Source: Chrysomallon squamiferum (Eukaryota; Animalia; Mollusca). Taken from it: a stretch of 64,000 bases of DNA. The DNA is taken from the NCBI GenBank assembly GCA_012295275.1, contig CM022679.1, positions 5,766,001 to 5,830,000 of the forward strand. The letters are read 5' to 3'. Numbering within the stretch: the stretch's first letter is position 1; each line of letters opens with the position of its first letter. Both the position numbers and the translations under genes were made by a program. The notes under the pieces are model-generated. The model made no database searches and was not told the origin of the DNA. It was given only the letters and a program-made list of their open reading frames with translations. Shown here one piece after another: positions 12,938 through 25,799 of this stretch.

Positions 12938-13010
12938 GATTACTGTGTTGAAGCTATTTCGGGAACAATCAGAACAATTTCTTGTACAGTTGGATAACTG
13001 TTTGTTTTAG
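12938..13010 (+). CDS. Last coding exon of gene A: ITVLKLFREQSEQFLVQLDNCLF*
   Basis: tttttactcaccag acceptor (in-frame alternative at 12922); phase-2 entry; 23 open codons; the TAG stop (13008-13010) ends the exon and is followed by a perfect gtaagt donor. Confidence 0.5.
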
Positions 13011-13522
13011 GTAAGTATGAACAATAAGGGAAATTAAAAACAAATTTTCTAGAAATTAATTACCTTTTTGTTTCAGAATTATGTTGTTATAGAAATAACT
13101 GAGATTTTTTTTTTTTTTGCATCAATATTTATGTTATTTTTGTTAGTTTTTTCCTTGAATTGTTTTTTTTTTTTTCATTGTTTTATTTTTTGTTGGCTTT
13201 TGTTTTTGTGTTTATTTAATACATTGCTAATTTTTTGTTCTTTTATTTGAATTTAATTCACTAAAAATTAATTCATAAGCTGAATTAAGTAATACAATCA
13301 CAAACCCTCAGATAATTCTAGGACATAAAGATATATTCAAAATAATTCAACATTAGAAATATTTTTTACATTTTTATAATTATTGTGATAATTATTATTA
13401 AAAATTAAATTTACAAATAAAAGTACCATTCCATGTTTTTTGATCTTACATCAAACACAGAAAGGTAAAAAAATTCATGACAGACTGAGAGATGTGGTTG
13501 TCAGATTCTTTTCTTTTTTTAC

Positions 13523-13575
<53 letters not shown>

Positions 13576-13857
13576 TGCTTTTCATTACATGAAATAAAAT
13601 AGGAAACCACCATTACTTATAACATATTAAAAACAGATACTGATGTATATATTGAATATATCTTGGATTCATTTGGCAGGGAATTTTTTTATAAGAATCT
13701 TTCAGAAAATGACAATAATTTTTACTTGAAAATGGCATCAAAAACACACACACACACACACACATGCTCACACTAACACACATACACACACACACACGTT
13801 ATAAACACTTTTCAATTTTTATTTATAGGCAGAAATGTAGTTTTAACTAAGTGGAAA

Positions 13858-14078
13858 GATATTTTTATATACACTAACTACACTTTGTCACAAGACATTT
13901 TGGTATACAATAACTTTATTCTGTTACAAAACATTTTGGTATACAGTAATTACAGCTTGTTACAAGATATTTTGGTATACACTAACTATAGTCTGTTACC
14001 ACATGTTTTGATATACAATAACTGCAGTGTATTACGAGACATGTTGGTGTATAGTAACAAGAGTAGGTTACAAGACAG
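13858..14078. repeat. 36-bp minisatellite, about 6 copies (gacattttggtatacaNtaactNNNNtctgttacaa)
   Basis: The 36-bp period is visible directly and as the 12-aa repeat QDILVYxNYxLL in ORF 13885-14103. Confidence 0.9.
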
Positions 14079-14082
14079 CCTG

Positions 14083-14276
14083 CAGCAGGTGTTAATTACT
14101 TAATCATTTGGGTTAATCCTTTCTTCTGGATCACTGGGTTACTGCTGAACAGACAACTGGAGTATGGACAGTATTTAGTTATGTCATCAGATGACTGTGT
14201 AGACTGTTAGAAAATAATCTACAGCAGGTGTGAATTAGGTTAATCATTTGTTCTGGATCACTGGCTTATTTCTGAA
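14083..14276. repeat. Local duplication (cagcaggtgt..ttaatcattt..ttctggatcactgg), 2 copies
   Basis: Copies start near 14083 and 14222. Confidence 0.75.
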
Positions 14277-14379
14277 TACATGGTTCCCTAATAAAGCCTA
14301 TTTACAGTTTTGTTTGTCAGTTTATTAAAACGGTTTTACATGTATTTTGATGGTTGTGTACTCTCTTTGTCTCCATTAG

Positions 14380-15210
14380 AACTGGAAATTTATATTTTGG
14401 TTACATTCTTAATAAATGAATTCAGAATAGAAAAATCCATATGGACAAATTGAATCAGAGGAATGACATGCACAGTGGAAATGTTTTTCGTTGAACGTAT
14501 GATCAGATAGTTTTATTTTTAGACTGAGTGATTTGAACTGACTGTATAATAAAATATAATCTTTGGTAATTTTCCACTTCATCACAAGTTGTACACTTTT
14601 ACTTTCAGAATCTTATTGTTTTTTTTTTTTTTTTTTTTTTTTTTGATCTATTGTACAAAAACTCAACTTCAGTACTTTAAGGTTTTGTACTGTATTTTAT
14701 TGTGTAATGTATAAACATGGTGAAAAAAGAATTGTTAGAGTAATGTATTAATAATATATCTCACAGCCAAAAGAAATTAATTAAATTTGAATGAAAAATT
14801 TATGAAATCAATTTTTTCTGTAAACAAATGAAAAAAAAGAAACAATAACAACAACAATAAAAAATCAACAACATACATACATTAAAATTGATGGAAAATG
14901 AAATTATGTGTATTTTTTATTTGCATTAAAAAACGTGTTCATAGATTTGGGACATTTGTTTTTTGTTTTATTACTGATAATGTGGTTTTGTTTATAAGTA
15001 TATGTACATGCATACACATTTCTTTCAGAAGTTTATGTGGGTTTTAATACCAGTTTATATTACACTTATGTTTTCTATCAGTTGTTAGTATATTTTTATT
15101 GTGATTATTAGTTATGTTTTATGCCATGTTTGTTCAATAAACTTTAATAGAATGTAATCATGTGAAAAATGATGTACTGAAACAGAATAAATAAATTAAT
15201 AAAATCAACA
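14380..15210 (+). other. Putative 3'-UTR terminal exon of gene A
   Basis: ctctctttgtctccattag acceptor at 14379; many TGTA motifs; AATAAA at 15136 and 15186; GT/T-rich element at about 15211-15245. Confidence 0.4.
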
Positions 15211-15245
15211 TGTATGTTTTTTAAAGTTTTTTTAATGTTTTATTT
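15186..15245 (+). terminator. Putative polyadenylation signal with downstream U/GU-rich element
   Basis: AATAAA 15186-15191, CA dinucleotides at about 15206-15210, then tgtatgttttttaaagttttttt. AATAAA is common in this composition, so support is contextual. Confidence 0.35.
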
Positions 15246-15867
15246 TAATTATATTAGTTGATTAAACATAAATAGTTCTTCTGTAATAAAACCCCAGTGA
15301 TAAAATGAATGTTCATGTAGAAATTACCTAGAATATTTATATACTGATGTTCTGAAATACTTGCATGAATCAGCCATTTTATGTCTTCTTTTTCATTTAT
15401 AATTTAAACTAAGGCAAAAAAAAAAAAAAAAAAAAAATTAAAAGTAACCTCTTCCTCTGCAAAATCAATTTCCACTCCATCCCCACTCCTAAAAAAAAAA
15501 TCCTCACCCCTAGAAAACAAAACCCCACCCCTATATAAAAAATACCTTCAATAATAACAGTGACAACAACAACAGTTTACTGGATGAATGGACACATTTT
15601 GTATGACAATAATAGCAGTGATATGTCTGATGAGATAAAATATTTAAATTAGTGTTACTTAAAGCTTTACCAGCCATATTGTTAGACTAACAGTAAGACA
15701 AATCTGAACTCATTTTCTGAGTGAACTTCTCTAAGTGAGATTTCATACACTCGCTGTTCATTATCCTGGTGTTCATCTACTACACAACATTCACCATCTC
15801 TCCCTCTGTCTCAGTCATTTGCATAAGAAAATTGTCAGACTATCTTGTACCTGAGAATTTGTGTAAC

Positions 15868-15912
<45 letters not shown>

Positions 15913-16789
15913 ATGTGTGTTGTTTTCTTTCAAATCTTGTCATCAACTTACTTTTAAAAAAAAAAAAAAAATTAATTTTATATTTTTTTGTATTACTTTC
16001 CTGTATATATTGTCCTCTACCTTGGTTTATTTTTTATTTGATTTTAAAAAAAATTCTTCACATTTGTTATCATTCCCTATTTTTTCAATCCTTTAATCCA
16101 TTTTTTCTATGTGTTTTGGGAGCTGTTGACCAGATTGTATTTGAGTCATGTCATCATTTTTTTTTAAATTATTGTTCTCTGTGTTCAGGTATCATTTTCT
16201 TCCCTGTCATACATTATTTTCATCAAATTTTAAAAACATTCTCTTTTGAATTGTTATATCTTGTCATCTTTTTCCTCCATTGCATTTTTTTTTTTCTGAT
16301 ATCATTTTCTCTCACTGCGTTCATTATCATTGTTGGATGTTTTTACACTCATATTACAATTGTTGTTTGTGTGATAATCTATCATGCCATCTTTTTTCTT
16401 CTTTTTTTTTTTCTTTTTTTTTAACCTCTTCTTTTTATATCTGTTTTTTTGTACTTTTTTTTTCCTGGTATCATTTTCTTTCATAACATTCTTTACTTAT
16501 CATATTCTTAACCTTTTTCTTTTCAGTTTTTGTTTTTTAACTTATGGATTTTTTTTTGTCTGTCATTCTGAAATGAACTTTCTTCCCATCTCAGCAAACT
16601 GTGTATGGTATTTCTATAGTCTGTGTATTATAAACTACACACACCATCCTCAGCGACATTTGCAAGGACAAAAAAAATATACAAAATTTTACCACATCAG
16701 GAATGTTCTGATGAAGAAGATAAGATGGGAAAGATAGAGTCACATTTTCAGTTCTTATGCACTCCACAAAGACAGTGACTCTCTTATGT

Positions 16790-18130
16790 AGTAAGTTAAT
16801 CTTTCAAAGAGTATATGATAACCTCTGATAACTGCATCTTGTCATACATTTTTAAAAAAGGAAAGGTTAACTGGCAGAAGTTTCATGAATCTTGAAGATT
16901 ATTCTAAATGTATTAAGTTTTAATATTAAATCTTCTTGGATGTACTGATGATCTAGATTAGGATTAAATCTGATATTTCTTTACAGATGCCAGGCTTTCA
17001 TTTCTGACCTGTAGATCTTCTGATTTCCATTACAAAATGACAATAGAATTGTTCATAAGAGGGAGTTATACTTGAAGATTATTTTAAATCCTCAGAGTTT
17101 TAATACTTAATCTTATGGCATGCACTGATGAAGTAGTTTAGTCAAGCTGTAAGATGTGTTTCCTATTTCCAGGCATTTTCATGTTTGACATCCAGACCTT
17201 CTGAATTCTTGCACCATCTGTGGCTCAGTATGTCCACTATAGGTTAATCATTAGAAGAATAAATGTTAATCGCAATTTGAGATACTGATATTTGCATCCT
17301 TTCAGACATTTTAAAAAAAAACAGACAAATTATATAAAAGATGTTTAAACTTAATCTTCTTGGATATATTTACAAGGTAGATTAGAATGAAACTGATATT
17401 TATTCACAGTGTTCAGGCTTTCATTTCTATTCTTAAAACTTTCTGAATTCTTGCATTATCTAAAGAACGGTGTAGCCATTCAGAAATAAATTAAATGTTA
17501 ATCGGAAATTGTGATACTGATATTTGCATCTTTTAGATATTTTAAAAAAACATTGACAAATTATATAAAAGACAGAGAATTGTTGATACTTGAAGATTAT
17601 TTTAAATTTACTGAGTTTTAATACGTAATCTTGTGGCACTCACAGATAAATTAGTTTTGTCCAAAGATATATTTACAATTTCCAGCCTTTTTCATATTTG
17701 ACATTCAGACCTTCTCAATTCTTGCATCATCTGCTGAACAGTATAGGTTAATCATTAGATGAATAAATGGTAATCAGAACTGGCAATATCAATAACTGCA
17801 TCTTTTCAGTCATTTAAAAAGAATAAATAAAAAAGAAATTTGTTTAATTGCCTGAGTGAGACGATGGTTCTTGACTATAAATAGATTTTTAATACTGATC
17901 TAACTGATATAAACTGATCTGCTGGATTAGTGTAAAGAATGAGATGCATGTACAGTGTATGAGCTTTCAGTTCTTACCTTCTGCAGTCTTACATCACCTA
18001 CAAGACAACACATATTGATCAGCAGGCTCTTACAGAATAATCAGAATTAATGATAATTATAACTATCTACTCATAATTGTTTTTGAAGTATTCATAATAA
18101 CAAAGTGTTCATGATACTTAAAGATATATT
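16790..18130. repeat. Diverged tandem array of about 200-280 bp units with A/B alternation
   Basis: Anchors cttgaagattatt(t/c)taaat, ttctgaattcttgca and gatactgatatttgcatc recur. Units near 16.9 and 17.35 kb share cttcttggat...caggctttcatttct; units near 17.07 and 17.59 kb share ctt(a/g)tggca...ttgacat(c/t)cagaccttct...tataggttaatcattaga. Confidence 0.85.
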
Positions 18131-19517
18131 AATTCAATATTACATTAAAGGGAAAAAGAAACTATTTCAAACTATTGCTCTTTTACTAGTAAAAGAAATA
18201 AAAGATATTTTGAATATATTTAAGTTCTACAAATTAAGAAGTACATGTTAATCAAACATATCAACCTATCTTGATTTATCTAATTTTAATACACTGTGAC
18301 ATGAGGTGAGCTGCTTCTCAAATCTACTGAATTTAAAATAGTTTCCTGTTTCTTTTCAATAACAAATTTTTACAATTTTCATTTCTTTTGGTTACATGTA
18401 TAAATTTTTGTTATTTTAGTAAGTTGCTGTGTTGGTTTTATTGTTATTGTAACACAGTCTATAAATACTCAATCCTTTTTTGAATTCATCACAGTAGCTC
18501 TTACTGTATATTTTAAACAAAGACATAGACAATTATAATTTTTCAACAAGTGTTTGAAGAACCAAACTGACCATCAGTGTCTGGTGACATTTAAATCTTG
18601 AATAATTTGTATTAATAAAAAGTCAAAATCTTTTTCTTTTATTTCTGTTTGAGCTTCCTGCAGTTTAACTTTTTCCATTTTTCTCTAACTAAACTATCAA
18701 CCATTCTGTTCTTCATAATTCAAAAGAATTTTCTATAAATTTTTCATGTTTCATTTATCAGGTTAACATCTCAATCTCTGCTTAATGGTTTCAGTAAAAC
18801 TTTCATTTCACCTTACCTCAGTCTTCATTCATGACATACAAACAACTATTGCATCAGTCTTTAGATAAAAATCTTAGATTCTCATCTATAAAAAGATGTC
18901 AAAAAGATACACATTAGAGTCTGATTTTTGAATAACTCTAGATTTATGAGTTTGACTGGGATTAATAGTTTCAAAGACAAATATAATAGCTGTAATATTA
19001 CCAGGTTCATTCACAATGTTATTGTGTGTGTGTGTCTGTCTGTGTAATAGTAAAGTTTCAGGTGTTTTATATTGGTATGCTTCACTGAATGTGATGAAGA
19101 TAAACTGTTGTGTGTGTTACTTCTATCAATCTGCTCATTTGTTGTTGTTTTTTTGAATCTTTCTTTTTTTAGTGTCTTTATCTATCAAACCATCATTTTA
19201 AATCCTGTTTTCTGTTCCTGTAGGTATTAATGTCAGGTCTTAGACCTTGTTATCTTTTACCCTTTTATTCACATTGTTTTCTTTTATTTCAATTATTCTT
19301 TCTATCTTTTTTCTGGTCATACCATTCATTGCTTATTCTCTTTTTCTTCTATCTTTTTCTGACATTTTATTTGTCATGTTGTTTTTGTATTTTATTTTTC
19401 ATAAATCTTTTTCTCTCTTATTTAATTTGTTCTGTATTTTACTCTTTATATTATTTATATATATATATATATACCTGGGTGTGTGTGTGTATGGGTATAT
19501 GTATATGATACTGCATA

Positions 19518-19562
<45 letters not shown>

Positions 19563-20329
19563 TGCATATGTGCTTGTGTTTGTGTTATTGATATACATTT
19601 ATGTGTATTTGTCTGCATTAATGTAAGAGCATATTTCTTTATAAATATTTATTAACATATGTATGTATTATGTTTGTATGTTTGTATGAGCAATATATTC
19701 ATATGTACTTGTGTGTATTATTAGATCATATCTCTCTGTTCTTATTTATATACATGTTCATGAGAGATAATGCAGTGCTACTGTATTTCCACATTACTCA
19801 GCAAATCTATTTTCGTGACATCGTTTTTCTAACTTGCATGCATAAAGCAGTTCTCCAGTCTTCTCCATCTGAACAATTCATTAAGTAATCTCTGCAGAAT
19901 CAGAGCTTTTCAAAAAAAAATAATAATAAAAAATAAAAAAATAAATAAATAAATTCAGGTAACTACATCTAATGACAAACACAGAGCTATTAGGTCATTA
20001 AAACATCTTTCTCACTGTTTACTCTTCTGTTTAGTTTCTCATTCTGGGATCTCGCTAACTAAACAGTTACGAGCTGTTGTGAAAACAATTCAGACGATGT
20101 TTTCTCAATGACAGTGGTTTAATGCATCATGAATGAACATTTTAATGTGTTTTGACTTATGCAGTTTATTATTATCTCTGTAATATATAGGTTTCATGTG
20201 TTATTTATGGCACAAAAGTGTTGGGAATAATGTTTTGCATGTTATAAACAGTGCTCTCGTGGGCATGATTTGCTAATCAATGATAATGTTTTATGTGTTT
20301 CAAATATCTGTTAAGGTATTCTGAATAAC

Positions 20330-20962
20330 TTTTTATCAGTTCTGAATAATATTTATGACGTTCTGAATATTAATTAACATGTTCTTAATAAAATATTTAA
20401 CATTTTTAAAAACAACATGTAGCTAGTTCTGAACAAAATTGTATATGTTTTATATGACATTTAAAATGGGTTTTTTTTTATACTATTTAACATTCTGAAT
20501 AACATTTAACATGTTTTGAATATACTGAATAACATTTAACATGTTCTAAATGTTTATAATATTTAAATGTGTTTTGAATGTTATGAATAACATTTAACAT
20601 GCTTTGAATAACATTTAACATGTTTTTAATGTACTGAACAACATTTAGCATGTTTTGAAACACGTTTTAAATGACATTAAACATGTTTTTAATGACATTT
20701 AACATGTTTTGAATGACATTTAACATGCTTTCAATAACATTTAACATGTTTTTAATGTAATGAACAACAATGAACATGTTTTGAATCACAATTAACATTG
20801 AACATGTTTTAAATCGCAATTAACATGTCTTAAATGACATTTAACCTGTTTTGAATAACATTTAACCTGTTTTAAATCACATTTAACGTGTTTTAAATCA
20901 CATTTAACGTGTTTTGAATCACATTTAACATGGTGTGAGTGACATTTAACATGTTTTGAATG
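20330..20962. repeat. Minisatellite of about 21 bp (gaataacatttaacatgtttt)
   Basis: Numerous acatttaacatgtttt units, best conserved at 20490-20962. Confidence 0.9.
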
Positions 20963-22234
20963 AAAAGATTTGATAGCCGGAGGCAGTGATTAGCCAGACT
21001 CATTCACAATCGTTTAGCAATCGACAGTCAATGTTAGCACACCATAAAAACTCAATAATCTTATTTGTCACTGGCAGCTTTCTCCCTTCTTCATTTTACC
21101 ACCGTTTACTAACTCAGCACTTGGTGTGTGATGAGGTTGTCTGTCAGCTTGAGTGATTCTGGTCTTGTTAAGGTGCACATCAGTCTTGGCAGTAAACACT
21201 GCCTTCGCATGACAAAGTGGGTTAAGTAATTTACATTTGTTATCCCTCCTGGAACTGGTGTTTTAAGAGATGCTCTCTTTCTTTGTCTCTGTCTGTCTGT
21301 TTCTCTGTGTGTGTGTGTGTCTCTCTCTGTTTCTCTTTCTTTCTTTCTCTCTTTTTTTTCTGTCTGTCTGTTTGTTTTTCTGTCTGTGTGTGTCTGTCTG
21401 TCTCTCTGCTGGGTTTTTTATTGTACTTGAGGAAATATATTTTTAAAGTATTTTGAGGTATTTTGATATTTATCTTTTATTTACTTGGTAATAATCTCTG
21501 TATATCTGTATTGCTATAACATATTCAGTTTGAAGTGAATAAACACTGATTAAATATAACAACTGTTGTGAATAAATATAACAATTGTTGAGAATAAAAA
21601 TAACAATTGTTATGACTAAACATTAATATTATATTTTGGGGAATAAAAATTGGGATTGTTAAGAATAAAAAATTTTTATTACTCTGAATAAACATAATGA
21701 TGTGACTAATTATTCATATAGCTATGAATAAACATTTATATTACTATATAAAATATATTTTTCTGAATATATATTTTTCTGTGATCAAAAGTGATATATA
21801 TATATTGCTATAAATACAATTTTATTTGTAATTGTGTGATTAAATAATATTCATGTTTTTGTGAATACATTCTATGACTAAAGTGAAACTGATATAGCTA
21901 CAAATAAGTTGAATTTAAATTTTTTTGAAATGACAGAATGAAATGATTTCAGTGAATTTCAACTTCAGAATAATAATAATTATTTTTAAAATTATATTTT
22001 TTATATTACTCATAACTTAAAATTGGTAATCTTTGTTCTTTTTTATTTTTGAATTTTCTTTTTCATTCTGGTCACAGGTGTTGTATATAAAAAATAAAAC
22101 TTGATACTAAGCATTAATTAAATGATATAATATAAAACACATTAAAACTGGGGATGGAAGTATTAGCTGGTAGTATTAAATCAATACACAGTTTCACACA
22201 GGAAGCCAGTCCATGAAGAAAATGTGTTTTTTTA

Positions 22235-22512
<278 letters not shown>

Positions 22513-23069
22513 CATGGTTATTAAACATCAAACAATTGTTTCTTACACACACCAATAGATTTATTATTACTCATTCTAAATAAAATAAAATTTAAATATG
22601 TGCAACAAACAAGCAGTGGAGTATCTGATTTATATTTAATAAATTTATTGAGATAACAGTTCCACGGAATGCATTCTTGAACCTTTATGTAATGTAAGTA
22701 CAAGTTATATGGTTAAGGAAAAGTATTTTCTGGAATTTTATGTTCAGAAAAGATTGACTTTAGTTGTTGGTGGTTATTAGAACTTGTGAATTGATAGATC
22801 TGATAGGAAATATGTTTAGAGATTGTTTGTCCATCTGAAAATGTTTTCTTTCACTGACAAGTAACTCAAATATGTAACGTTAGAGCCTTTATTAAATGTA
22901 AGAACATTACACAGCTCATTGAAGTAAAAAATGTTTTCAAATGGTCTTTATAAATATATTTATATGGGTCATCAGACATGGGTTTATATTTGCACACAGA
23001 AGGATACATACACATACACAAATACATACATACAGACCTTCACACACACATACACACTTTCATACAGGT

Positions 23070-23207
23070 TCATACACCTACATCTGGTAAATGAAAGAAA
23101 ATTTGAGATGGTTGTCCATGATGGATGTGCTTGAACCGTAACATCCTTTCACGAAGAGTTTTGAAAATGAACAACTGGAGATTTTGCTCATAAAAGGCAT
23201 ACCTCAA
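23070..23207 (-). CDS. Candidate last coding exon of minus-strand gene B: LRYAFYEQNLQLFIFKTLRERMLRFKHIHHGQPSQIFFHLPDVGV*
   Basis: Minus-strand acceptor ttttctttctttatgcctgacag (ends 23208); 45 open codons in the phase set by the upstream exon; TGA at 23072-23070. Confidence 0.35.
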   Translation of the reverse strand: MRYAFYEQNLQLFIFKTLRERMLRFKHIHHGQPSQIFFHLPDVGV

Positions 23208-23314
23208 CTGTCAGGCATAAAGAAAGAAAACCTGATCTCTGAGTATTGTGAGATCTACATTTCAGTGAGCAGACGCAGAATGGGAAAAATCAATAGACTG
23301 TTGAGGTTACTCAC

Positions 23315-23412
23315 CTTTTTATACTTTTTAGGTCTTGGTGCTTGTTCAACAACCTCAAACTGCACTGTCATGTGTTTGCTGCTGGAGTAGCCACGGTACA
23401 TTAGCACTAACA
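23315..23412 (-). CDS. Candidate exon of gene B: (V)LVLMYRGYSSSKHMTVQFEVVEQAPRPKKYKK, phase 1 to 0
   Basis: Acceptor cttctcaatttcag; near-perfect donor AAG|gtgagt at 23314; non-repetitive, protein-like sequence. Confidence 0.45.
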
Positions 23413-23514
23413 CTGAAATTGAGAAGATGCTGCTTATTTTTGTAAACAGCTCAACATAATTAAATATGACTTTTGAAACTGTATGATGTTTATTATGTTT
23501 ACAGGTAACTTTAC

Positions 23515-23580
23515 CTGAGCTCAGAAATAAAACAAGAAAAAAGCCACTGATTCTAATTCCAAACCTGTTCCTAATTTCAT
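23515..23580 (-). CDS. Candidate exon of gene B: (D)EIRNRFGIRISGFFLVLFLSS, phase 1 to 1
   Basis: Acceptor tttgacag (23581); donor CAG|gtaaag (23514); 102-nt intron to the next exon with phase preserved. Confidence 0.3.
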
Positions 23581-23849
23581 CTGTCAAATCTAATTTCACA
23601 TGCAAATAATAGAACTCAGATTTTATACCTGATGCTATATATCTTTTTTTTTGCAGTTTTATTATTTTTTTGTTTACAGTAAATATAACATATAGATATA
23701 TAATGTTTGGTCATGAAATATCAATTGTATTACATGTGTTTTCATTTTGTAACATGTATAGTAGATAAAATGTTTCACTACAGTAGTACAAGTGTTTTAC
23801 ACTGATACATAAAATTCTTAGTTTATCGTTACAGTTGTTTAACACCTGG

Positions 23850-24011
23850 TTTCTGATAATCATTTGGTCTGATAACTGGATATTACCTTCCATCTCTCCA
23901 GAGCAAATCATGTTTGTTTTTTCACAACTTCATCCAAACCTTTCCAGACAATTACACCATGATAAGATCTGCCATTGTAATGTTGTTTTTCTTTTTTTTT
24001 TATTTTTTTTT

Positions 24012-24047
<36 letters not shown>

Positions 24048-24430
24048 GTGTTTTCAGGCTGTCATCTGTTTTACATCTATTAATACAGCTATGTTCCATC
24101 TTGAATAAATTGTGTTTATTTTTCTTACAACTTCATGCAAATCTTTCCAAACATTTATACTGTTATACAATCAACTACTGTTATTTTATTCTTTCCTTTA
24201 ACTATAATGATAGATAGATAGATAGATAGATTCAGTCATTACCTGTTTTACATGGTCCTATGGTTATCTGCCATCTTCCCAGAACAAATCATGTTTATTT
24301 TTTGTACAACTTCATCCAAATCTTTCCAGACAGTTACTTCTGATATTGATCAGCCATAGCAATGTTTTTCTTCCCTTTTTACACACACACACAAAATGTG
24401 TCTGGTTTTCACCTGCTTCACATAATTCTG
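23850..24430. repeat. Three diverged tandem units of about 190-200 bp
   Basis: aaatcatgttt(g/a)tttttt..acaacttcat(c/g)caaa(c/t)ctttcca(g/a)aca recurs near 23905, 24107 and 24286. Confidence 0.85.
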
Positions 24431-24450
24431 TTACATAATGTAAGAATCAA

Positions 24451-24636
24451 ACTGTAGCTCAGTGATAACACTGCTTACATGAGGAGCAAAGGATCCATTA
24501 GACTATTTCCTTTGACCTTTGACCTACATAGACTGATTTATTAAAGGTATGTTTTTCAATCATAGGGAAGGTGCATATAAAATTATCTTGTTGCTAAATG
24601 ATATGATCAGTCCACAGAATGGCACCAGGACTTTGT
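24451..24636 (+). mobile_element. Degraded SINE copy with tRNA-like head (tgtagctcagtg) and Meta/MESC-like core
   Basis: A-box-like tgtagctcagtgata, then ggatccattagactatttcc, gactgatttattaaaggtatg and gggaaggtgcatataaaattatcttgttgctaaat. Confidence 0.7.
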
Positions 24637-25156
24637 CAATGGATGTAAGCTGATGGTTAGAGATTTGGTTGGTTGCTTCCTGGACAATGTCCTGTTCCAG
24701 CCATGTTTAAATATACCATACTACATGGTTTTCAAAGTGAAGACAAAAATAAATGGACATAAAAAATCCAGAGTTTATAATTAGTAGGAGTAAATATACA
24801 GTTCACAGATGTACTTTGTTGAATGTAAAAACTGATATATTTATATGTGTGTGGTGTGTGTGTATATTTATATATATAAATATATAGAGAGCCGCACTGC
24901 ACTGTGAGTATCAGTGTTCATTTACTGACTAGCCATTCTGCAGTTTTCAGTGTTCTCTCTCAACACAGCAAGAACTGCAGTCAAACAAACATTATCTGTG
25001 ATTTCTATCAGGAGGAAACAGATTTTCTTCTACATTTTATGACATCTGGTAACATTTTAGTGTTCAGTTTCCATTGGTGAAATATATATTTTATTTATAC
25101 ATGTATATCTTTTAAGAATTTTTATTTTATTTTATTTATATTTATATTTGTGTGTC

Positions 25157-25193
<37 letters not shown>

Positions 25194-25768
25194 ACTTGCT
25201 TTCTAAAGTTCATCGATCTAGATTTTTTTTTTTTTTTTTAAACTTTTGTAGTAAATATTTGTGAGAAAATGTATGATTATAGACAGAAGTGTATTTACAC
25301 GTACTCTTTTACACACATTTGCATACATGTGCACAAATACACACAAACACATACTTACATATACAGTCTACAGAGATACAGTCTCATAGATACACAAACA
25401 CTTACATATTATAGAGCTTTTATACTGTTTTCTATTAAAAGGATTATAATGTTTTAACCTACACAATCATACATATTTTATATAATACAAAAGAATATTA
25501 TAAGATCGTTAAAAATAATCTCCATTTAACAAAAAAAGTAATGATAATAAAAAAAATCAAAAAAAACAAGACAATATCCTCCCATAAATAATTTTTTTTT
25601 TAAACCAAAAAAAATTAAAATGTCTGTTATGAAAGTGCTACAAGGCTGTATTCCACAGTTCATTAATAACACTGTCTAATTTACACCTTAACTTGTTGTA
25701 CTGAAGTGAATAACAGATTAAGTTATTATTGTGAAGAACACAGCTTTAAATGGGTATGGGAGAATCTC

Positions 25769-25799
<31 letters not shown>

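Noticed and set aside
24451-24500. tRNA gene
   Set aside because: Only an A-box-like start is present, with no cloverleaf; it continues into the SINE core.
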